This document shows, piece after piece, positions 26,648 through 32,000 of a stretch of DNA of 32,000 nt. The stretch spans positions 270,001 to 302,000 of the forward strand of contig MKSO01000001.1 of NCBI GenBank assembly GCA_001897305.1. Direction: 5' to 3'. Numbering within the stretch: the stretch's first letter is position 1; the number at the start of each line of letters is the position of its first letter. The notes beneath the pieces were generated by a model. That model saw only the letters and a program-made list of their open reading frames with translations, did no database searches and was not told where the DNA came from. Source of the DNA: Candidatus Saccharimonadota bacterium (GTDB lineage: Bacteria; Patescibacteriota; Saccharimonadia; Saccharimonadales; Saccharimonadaceae). The translations under genes and the position numbers were made by a program.

Positions 26648-27562
26648 ATGTTCAAGAAACCTTCTTCTCGTAGGCCTGTACCTCGTCGTCGGCAACCGAC
26701 GGAAAACGATACGCAAGTACCGGGTTCTTCGGGTGCTTCGCAGTACCGACGAAACCAAACCCTTAGCGGCTATCGTCGCGACGATCAGCAAGAGACATCC
26801 ACGCGGCAAAAGGCACATCATCTTGCATTGCAGCGTCGTCGCTTAGGGGGTATCTTTGTGTTGGTTATCGGTGCTGCCGTGTTACTTGGCTTACTATTAT
26901 GGCAACTGGTAGCCCAGGTACAAGTGACAACCTCATCGAAGCAACTGTCGACATCATTTGACACAAAGCCGTATAATGACGCCATTGAAAGCTATCTAGC
27001 GCTCAACCCGGCTCAACGGCTTCGTTTTACCTTAGATCAAACGGCTCTTAGCGCCTATGTGGCTGCTACATTACCAGAGGTGGAATCGGTAAAATTAGCC
27101 AGTACGCCGGGTATTGCACGGGCTGACTTTATGATTACTTTCCGTACGCCAATTGCAGGTTGGCAAATCAATAATCAACAGTACTATGTCGACGCTTCGG
27201 GGGCGGTTTTTAAGAAAAATTATTATCAATCACCATCTGTACAGATTGTTGACGAGAGCGGCGTTAAGCCAGAGCAGGGGAGTACAGTAGTGGGAACCCG
27301 TCTGCTTGGTTTTTTGGGGAAGGTAGTCTCGCAAGCGGGGGAGAGGGGATATACCGTCACGAAAGCTGTCCTGCCGCAAAATACTACACGCGAGCTTGAT
27401 GTAAATATTGAAGGTATTTCAACGCGCGTGAAGCTGGCTATCGACAGGGGAGCAGGGGAGCAGGTGGAGGATATGGCCCGGGCACTTAATTATTTGAAGT
27501 CACGTAATATGTCGCCGCAGTATGTTGATGTTCGTGTAAGCGGGCGTGCTGCGTATCGATAG
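26648..27562 (+). CDS. ftsQ: FtsQ/DivIB-like cell division protein
   Basis: 304 aa with a basic N-terminus, one TM helix (IFVLVIGAAVLLGLLLW), then POTRA-like and beta domains. Its position after murG fits FtsQ. Confidence 0.65.
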   Translation: MFKKPSSRRPVPRRRQPTENDTQVPGSSGASQYRRNQTLSGYRRDDQQETSTRQKAHHLALQRRRLGGIFVLVIGAAVLLGLLLWQLVAQVQVTTSSKQLSTSFDTKPYNDAIESYLALNPAQRLRFTLDQTALSAYVAATLPEVESVKLASTPGIARADFMITFRTPIAGWQINNQQYYVDASGAVFKKNYYQSPSVQIVDESGVKPEQGSTVVGTRLLGFLGKVVSQAGERGYTVTKAVLPQNTTRELDVNIEGISTRVKLAIDRGAGEQVEDMARALNYLKSRNMSPQYVDVRVSGRAAYR

Positions 27563-28112
27563 AACCGAACACGGCCAACAACAAGCTAGGCTTGGCAGCT
27601 AAGCATGGAGCGTGCTAAACCCAGTACGCTCTTCCCCCTTTTCTCTTTGTATTAATGTTCTATTTTTGTTCTATACATAACAAGTATGTTTAAAAAGTAT
27701 ATTAAAATATCGTAATACTAAAAAGTCAAAAAGGAGGGGAGCGGAGGAATGAGGGAGTAGTATAATCATTTTGAGAAAAAAGCAAATAACGGCTAGGTAT
27801 GTGGAAAACTTGCTCTGAGGTAAAAATATACAACACTACGACTAACCGTGGGTATGAATGCACAATAGCGTCATTAATAGTTAATTAAAACTTACATATA
27901 TAACTTACTAATAGGGATATGTGAGGTTCAAGGCACGTAGTACTCTCTTTTGCCTATAAACTAGATGTATTGGTACTCATCTTTATTTGTAATAATGTGC
28001 TTCGCAAAAGATATATTGTGCGACGTTAAGTCTATTGCTAGACTTTGGTTAGTTATATACATTTTTTCATTCCCCCGCTATGCTTCAAACATAAAAATTA
28101 ATTGGAGAAATT

Positions 28113-28346
28113 ATGGCAGACACCATTTCCCTACCAGACAACTTAAAATCACGAATTGCACGTGCATATATCGCCAATCGTTCGTTTACTGGCGATGACG
28201 GTAAATCCGTCGATTATAAGCGTTTTGTTCTTTCTGGCCTCATTAATGGCCAAGAAGTCGATATAGAGGTCAAAATTGATAAAAAAGACCTACTCCTCCT
28301 AAGTCTCTTTGAGGTCGTAGATCAACCTCAGTTAGGTCAGGAGTAG
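28113..28346 (+). CDS. Phage-region hypothetical protein (77 aa), in the position of a ssDNA-binding or regulatory protein
   Basis: GGAGA SD 5 nt upstream. It is soluble and beta-rich (KRFVLSGLINGQEVDIEVKIDKKD). The functional guess is by position only. Confidence 0.5.
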   Translation: MADTISLPDNLKSRIARAYIANRSFTGDDGKSVDYKRFVLSGLINGQEVDIEVKIDKKDLLLLSLFEVVDQPQLGQE

Positions 28347-28353
28347 AATCGAT

Positions 28354-28497
28354 ATGCAACCACAAATGACGTTTGCACAAGGAATTATTGAAGTGTTAAT
28401 CCAGTTGTCACCGTCATTTTTGGTTGTTTGTTTTGTTCTAATTGTGTTCTCATGGCTTCGATTATTGATTGATGTTATGAGTGGTAGGGGCTTCTAG
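28354..28497 (+). CDS. Small membrane protein (47 aa)
   Basis: MQPQMTFAQGIIEVLIQLSPSFLVVCFVLIVFSWLRLLIDVMSGRGF. AGGAG lies 10-11 nt upstream. It has one hydrophobic helix. This ORF is below the ORF-track cutoff and I translated it by hand. Confidence 0.45.
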   Translation: MQPQMTFAQGIIEVLIQLSPSFLVVCFVLIVFSWLRLLIDVMSGRGF

Positions 28498-28498
28498 T

Positions 28499-28681
28499 AT
28501 GTGGTACAACCCAGAGATTTATACTTCTGCTCAAGACCTTACAGACACACAAATTCTTTGGGCAATTTATCAGCATTTGGTTGCTACGACAACATTAGCT
28601 TTCGCTTTAGTTATTTTCTATTTTATTTTTAAATTAATTGTTTGGTTTGTACCAAAGTTTTGGCATAGGAGTAAAGAATAA
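28499..28681 (+). CDS. Small membrane protein (60 aa), coat-like charge pattern
   Basis: Acidic N-terminus, TM helix (TTLAFALVIFYFIFKLIVWFV) and basic C-terminus (KFWHRSKE). ATG 28499 lies 1 nt after the previous stop. Confidence 0.5.
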   Translation: MWYNPEIYTSAQDLTDTQILWAIYQHLVATTTLAFALVIFYFIFKLIVWFVPKFWHRSKE

Positions 28682-28773
28682 TGAAGAAAGATATTTTACT
28701 TGTTACAGGTTTATTTTCTGGCGTTTTAGGTTATGTATTATTTTTTCATGGTCTTAAGGAGGACAAAAAGTAA
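28681..28773 (+). CDS. Micro membrane protein (30 aa)
   Basis: MKKDILLVTGLFSGVLGYVLFFHGLKEDKK. It has a TAATG overlap with the upstream gene and an AGGAG 9 nt upstream. Its size is similar to pVII/pIX. Confidence 0.4.
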   Translation: MKKDILLVTGLFSGVLGYVLFFHGLKEDKK

Positions 28774-28910
28774 TGTGGTTTTTAACTTTTATTCTCGGTA
28801 TTCTTATAGGTCATTACGTTGTAGCTGACATAAAGGAATGGTTTATTTTTTACAAAACACGCCAAAGTCTTATTGATGACCCTAAAGCGCCTTGGAATAA
28901 GGGGGAGTGA
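28773..28910 (+). CDS. Micro membrane protein (45 aa)
   Basis: MWFLTFILGILIGHYVVADIKEWFIFYKTRQSLIDDPKAPWNKGE. It has a TAATG overlap with the upstream gene, and AAGGAGG lies upstream. Confidence 0.4.
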   Translation: MWFLTFILGILIGHYVVADIKEWFIFYKTRQSLIDDPKAPWNKGE

Positions 28911-28912
28911 TA

Positions 28913-29071
28913 ATGTCCCTTCCCTACTCTATGAACATTCGTGATATTTATGAAGAAATTGCTGAGATTTCTGATAAATTTTTCTGTATGCCTACTAATT
29001 CCGAGCGCGAGACTCTTATTAAGCGTCTTTTAGCACTTACTTATGAGCTTGACCGGAGATTTAATCAATGA
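28913..29071 (+). CDS. Small soluble helical protein (52 aa)
   Basis: MSLPYSMNIRDIYEEIAEISDKFF...LTYELDRRFNQ. GGGGAG lies 5 nt upstream. It has an ATGA overlap with the next gene. Confidence 0.4.
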   Translation: MSLPYSMNIRDIYEEIAEISDKFFCMPTNSERETLIKRLLALTYELDRRFNQ

Positions 29072-30576
29072 AACCGAAGTACGCTGTATTAGTAATCGGT
29101 TTCATTACCTCTGTCATAACAGGGGTACTGTTATCTCCCTCTTCTACACATGCAGCAAGTGCTTATGATAATGTGGTTCAAACTACAAATACACTTTCTG
29201 TTATATCCCCCGACGGTACGCAAAATGTTAGTTTAGCTGAAAATGGCGATCTACCCTGGTATCAACTTATAGAGAGTAAAAATCAAGCTTATGCCGATGC
29301 TCGTTGCGGTGATAGTTATATTTCTTCTTTAAATAATGCAAGATCATCTGGTTATGTTTCAGTAGTACAGGCTAAAGCGTCGGAACATTATCAGCGTGTT
29401 TACGTTATTTGGACTGACGATACTTACCCTTACGCTTGGCCTGTTTGGACTTTTCAAACAACCGAGTCAGGCACAAATTATGCCGAGCTTAAGTCTCCTA
29501 CTGGTGGCGATCTATCTATTGCACAAATAGAAATTGCTGACAATGGTGATTGGACCTGGCTTTGTTGGTCATCGGGTTCACCTAGTTTTGGTGTTGGTTC
29601 ACCAGATGGTTACATTTACCGTAATAACTATTCAGTTACTTATCCTGACGGTTATGATGGTGTATACTTTGCAAATTTAACACCTATTTCTACTCCTAAT
29701 GATTCTTCTTATAAACCGGATTTAAATGTTATATCCGTAGTGGGTTATCATGCCGTTATTCAAGATAGAAACTTTAATACCTTCGATCCAGTCCCCTTTA
29801 CGTGTAACGATACCCTCACACCAATAATGCATTATGAGCTATGGAAAGGCTCAGACCCCAATACGGATGTAAAATTAACCGACGGTGTCATGTCCCCTAC
29901 TGTTCCTTTCGAGTATGATGTGCCTTCAGGAAGTCAAGATACATACACTCTTGTAGCTTGGTATTCATGTGCCCCTGGAGATCTTACCTTCGATCAGTCT
30001 AGTTTCCTTTCCTTTCAGGTCAACGAATACGGTAGCCTTGTTCAGGAATGCGGTGATGATATACAGGGGTTCTTGTGTAAAGCTAGCCAGAATTTAAGTA
30101 TAGGTATATTCTCGACTACTTTTAACGGCCTCTTATCAATATTAAATAACATGAAAGCCATTAACCCGGTGTACTGTAGCACTGCATGGATAAGTCAAAA
30201 TCACTTCCAAAGCAACATACTACCCGTTCAAAACTTCCCTCCTAAAGTCTGTCAGTTTGCGCAAAATATGTACCTCTCGAATAACACACCATTTTATAGC
30301 ATCAATTTATGGCTCAATATCGTCTTAAAGGGCGCTGCAATCCTTCTCTTAGTCTTCGGTATTCTCTCAATTCTCGGGTTCAAGGTACGGCTACCATCTC
30401 CGATTGGTGAGGAGAATGGTACCGACATTCGTCCAGATATACCCACCTCCTCTTCTATTAGTAAGCATAGGGGTTCTTACTCTAGAACTCCGTCTGGCAC
30501 GCGTAGTACGGATGCAACTTTTACTCCTGGTAATTCTGGTAAATGGCATGATAGAAAACCTGAGAGGTGGCGTTAA
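29068..30576 (+). CDS. Secreted, C-terminally anchored large protein; pIII-like adsorption protein candidate
   Basis: 502 aa with a signal peptide (cleavage-like THA/AS), eight Cys in the exported part, a TM helix (GAAILLLVFGILSILGF) and a basic Ser/Thr-rich tail. GGAG lies 9 nt upstream. Confidence 0.55.
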   Translation: MKPKYAVLVIGFITSVITGVLLSPSSTHAASAYDNVVQTTNTLSVISPDGTQNVSLAENGDLPWYQLIESKNQAYADARCGDSYISSLNNARSSGYVSVVQAKASEHYQRVYVIWTDDTYPYAWPVWTFQTTESGTNYAELKSPTGGDLSIAQIEIADNGDWTWLCWSSGSPSFGVGSPDGYIYRNNYSVTYPDGYDGVYFANLTPISTPNDSSYKPDLNVISVVGYHAVIQDRNFNTFDPVPFTCNDTLTPIMHYELWKGSDPNTDVKLTDGVMSPTVPFEYDVPSGSQDTYTLVAWYSCAPGDLTFDQSSFLSFQVNEYGSLVQECGDDIQGFLCKASQNLSIGIFSTTFNGLLSILNNMKAINPVYCSTAWISQNHFQSNILPVQNFPPKVCQFAQNMYLSNNTPFYSINLWLNIVLKGAAILLLVFGILSILGFKVRLPSPIGEENGTDIRPDIPTSSSISKHRGSYSRTPSGTRSTDATFTPGNSGKWHDRKPERWR

Positions 30577-30893
30577 TGGATATTTTAAGTGCAATTGTTT
30601 CTTTCCTCTTTCAGCTCCTTGCAGCTGTTGTAACCGTTATCTTGACGCCAGTTGACGCATTAATTAACACTTTGGTTCCAGAGGCAACAACGGCTATTAG
30701 GTCTTTCTTTACATGGGTCAATTCCATGATTGCCCAATTTTTAGATTTTGTTAACTGGTTCTTTTATGTACTAGGCATTAAGCCAGACACATGGATGCTA
30801 ATCATGACTGTATGTAGCGCCCTACTTCTTATTTGGGTATTTCTTTTTCCTCTCAAACTGATACTTTCTGTCTTTAGAGGTATGAAAGATTAG
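30576..30893 (+). CDS. Polytopic small membrane protein; pVI-like candidate
   Basis: 105 aa from ATG 30576, which forms a TAATG overlap and follows GAGGTGG. It has three hydrophobic segments. Its size and position match pVI/Ace. Confidence 0.5.
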   Translation: MDILSAIVSFLFQLLAAVVTVILTPVDALINTLVPEATTAIRSFFTWVNSMIAQFLDFVNWFFYVLGIKPDTWMLIMTVCSALLLIWVFLFPLKLILSVFRGMKD

Positions 30894-30895
30894 CT

Positions 30896-31543
30896 ATGAA
30901 AATATTCTTTAAAACATTCACTAAAAAAGCTACAAAGTCGGGTAATACATTTCCCGTTGGCATGGTCCTATTTGTTGGTCACCAAGGTGCTGGTAAAACG
31001 ATTAGCGCCGTTCACTATGCTCAGTATTTAGAAAAAAAGTACCCTGATCTTAAAGTATTTAGTAACATTAAGCTCACGGGTTTTAAGGACTTTACTCAAC
31101 TATCTGCCGAGGAAATTGAACCAACCTTGCTTCAAGACTTTGGCCGTCGACCAGTCGCCTATTTGCTTGACGAAATTCAAACCCTCCTTCGCTCTAAAAA
31201 GAAAGTTTTGTCAGAAGATACCCTCATGTCTATTCAGCAGCAGAGAAAGGCCAACAAGACCATTTTAGGCACACTCCAGGAGTTCCTAGACCTCGATATC
31301 AGTTATCGACGCCAACTTCTTGCACAAGTCCAGTGTCGTCATGTAGGAAATGCCCAAGTAGAGTTTTGGCGCGACCCCACTACTCTTTCGTACAATGCCG
31401 ATAAAAACGATTACACGGGCCGTGTAATGGATATTTGGATTTGGAAACGACACGACGAAATATATAAGAAATATGACACCTATGAGATTGTTAGACAATC
31501 TATTAATACTACTCCACGCATCACCCCTGCTAATACTGGCTAG
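30896..31543 (+). CDS. P-loop NTPase; Zot/pI-like assembly ATPase candidate (short form, no TM)
   Basis: 215 aa with Walker A (GHQGAGKT) and Walker B (VAYLLDEIQ). It sits directly after the pVI-like gene, as in the ace-zot and gVI-gI arrangements. Confidence 0.6.
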   Translation: MKIFFKTFTKKATKSGNTFPVGMVLFVGHQGAGKTISAVHYAQYLEKKYPDLKVFSNIKLTGFKDFTQLSAEEIEPTLLQDFGRRPVAYLLDEIQTLLRSKKKVLSEDTLMSIQQQRKANKTILGTLQEFLDLDISYRRQLLAQVQCRHVGNAQVEFWRDPTTLSYNADKNDYTGRVMDIWIWKRHDEIYKKYDTYEIVRQSINTTPRITPANTG

Positions 31544-31563
31544 GGAGAAAGGAAAGACGAATC

Positions 31564-31737
31564 ATGGATGCAGCACAAGTAACAGCACTTACTGGCGCTT
31601 TTGATCCACAGGATTTGCTCGCTACGTTTATCCAATTCGCACCATACGTTATCGGTGTTATTGGCGTAATCGTTGGCGTTAGCCTTATCCGTTGGGGTTA
31701 TCACAAAGTACGTATACTTCTTTCACGAGGTGTTTAG
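31564..31737 (+). CDS. 57-aa major-coat-like membrane protein
   Basis: MDAAQVTALTGAFDPQDLLATFIQFAPYVIGVIGVIVGVSLIRWGYHKVRILLSRGV. It has an acidic N-terminus, a Gly/Val/Ile helix and a basic C-terminus, which is the pVIII/Pf3-coat charge pattern. I translated it by hand. Confidence 0.55.
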   Translation: MDAAQVTALTGAFDPQDLLATFIQFAPYVIGVIGVIVGVSLIRWGYHKVRILLSRGV

Positions 31738-31818
31738 TACTAGCCAGTATGCCATTTAGCTTATTAGTACCCAGGGTGGGCTATTAATAATCGGATTGGC
31801 TGAAAGTCCTTGTTTTTT

Positions 31819-31917
31819 CCACGGCCTTTAGGCTGTGGTAAAAGCTAGGACGTCCGGCCGGCGTGGCTACCACCACGCCGAACGCCGGGCCGGTTCAGAC
31901 CCGAGGCGCGAAGCGCC
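31819..31917. other. GC-rich hairpin cluster in an otherwise AT-rich element
   Basis: Hairpin 1 is 31819-31838 (ccacggcc/ggctgtgg). A nested hairpin pairs 31854-31859 with 31888-31893 and encloses 31860-31866 paired with 31873-31879. Hairpin 3 is 31905-31917 (ggcgc-gaa-gcgcc). Confidence 0.6.
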
Positions 31918-32000
31918 AAGGGGCTACTCGATACCAGAACATTTAATGTACTTTTTATAGAGGTGTAAGGTGATAGATATTAACGAATCGAGGGTATTCG

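Larger units (their letters stand above)
27640..32000 (+). mobile_element. Candidate integrated filamentous (inovirus-like) prophage, truncated by the window end
   Basis: G+C drops abruptly after the ftsQ terminator. A 470-bp noncoding head is followed by 10 co-oriented, mostly SD-led genes with TAATG/ATGA overlaps. Their order mimics the Ff/CTXphi structural module: small TM proteins, a large secreted adhesin-like protein, a pVI-like protein, a Zot/pI-like ATPase and a coat-like 57-mer. A GC-rich hairpin cluster follows. The left border is approximate. Confidence 0.6.

Noticed and set aside
27668-27697. A bona fide 28-bp dif/XerCD site at the left end of the phage-like block
   Set aside because: Only a half-site resemblance is present (TATGTTTAAA against TTATGTTAAAT). 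The expected ATAA-N6-TTAT inner palindrome is missing. I keep it only as a weak lead within the noncoding-head finding.
27965-28198. 77-aa plus-strand ORF overlapping the start of the 28113 gene
   Set aside because: It is an AT-rich chance ORF rich in Phe/Tyr/Ile/Cys, with no SD. It overlaps the better-supported SD-led 28113-28346 gene out of frame.
30404-30655. 83-aa plus-strand ORF spanning the junction between the pIII-like and pVI-like genes
   Set aside because: It is an alternative frame that overlaps two better-supported, SD-led genes, and it has no SD of its own.
31886-31902. tRNA T-arm-like GGTTCAGACC, raising the possibility of a tRNA or tmRNA att fragment
   Set aside because: The flanking bases do not form a T-stem, and no acceptor, D or anticodon arms can be built. 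The sequence is better explained as part of the GC-rich hairpin cluster.
1-32000. CRISPR arrays, rRNA genes, tRNA genes and transposase/IS elements
   Set aside because: I saw no spaced direct-repeat array, no rRNA-like conserved blocks, no cloverleaf-capable segment in the intergenic regions I inspected, and no transposase-like ORF. A tRNAscan/Infernal run would be needed to be certain.

Overview
The window reads as a chromosomal segment of a small-genome bacterium with mid-range GC content. Its compact housekeeping operons, minimal dcw cluster and many orphan genes are reminiscent of Patescibacteria/CPR such as Saccharibacteria, but that is inference only. From 1 to 27.5 kb I see two REC-only response regulators, rpmA, an RNA methyltransferase-like gene, a flippase-like membrane protein, xseA-xseB, a sensor-less histidine kinase-RR-recO operon and glyQS. 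These are followed by NUDIX, DUF427, rnhA, a possible DUF4868 (KwaB-like) gene, an anchored esterase, a Pif1-like helicase, yvcK-like and HAD genes. A reduced dcw cluster follows: mraZ-rsmH-ftsL-ftsI-mraY-ftsW-murG-ftsQ.

Five things stand out:
1. From about 27.6 kb to the window end there is an AT-richer block of tightly overlapping small membrane-protein genes with Shine-Dalgarno (SD) sites. It also encodes a 502-aa secreted and anchored protein, a pVI-like membrane protein, a short Zot/pI-like P-loop ATPase and a 57-aa coat-like protein, followed by GC-rich hairpins. I interpret this as an integrated, window-truncated filamentous (inovirus-like) prophage sitting where ftsA/ftsZ would be expected.
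2. Two GC-enriched orphan gene cassettes (9.1-9.5 kb and 18.4-18.9 kb) have near-identical strong promoters and are probably foreign.
3. About 13 genes have a -10 hexamer only 6-11 nt upstream of the start codon, which suggests leaderless mRNAs. The foreign-looking genes use SD sites instead.
4. A 137-nt rod-like hairpin lies between the helicase and yvcK.
5. A structured, G-depleted 460-bp spacer splits mraZ from rsmH.

I found no rRNA, tRNA or CRISPR array. All family assignments come from motifs read by eye and need database confirmation.
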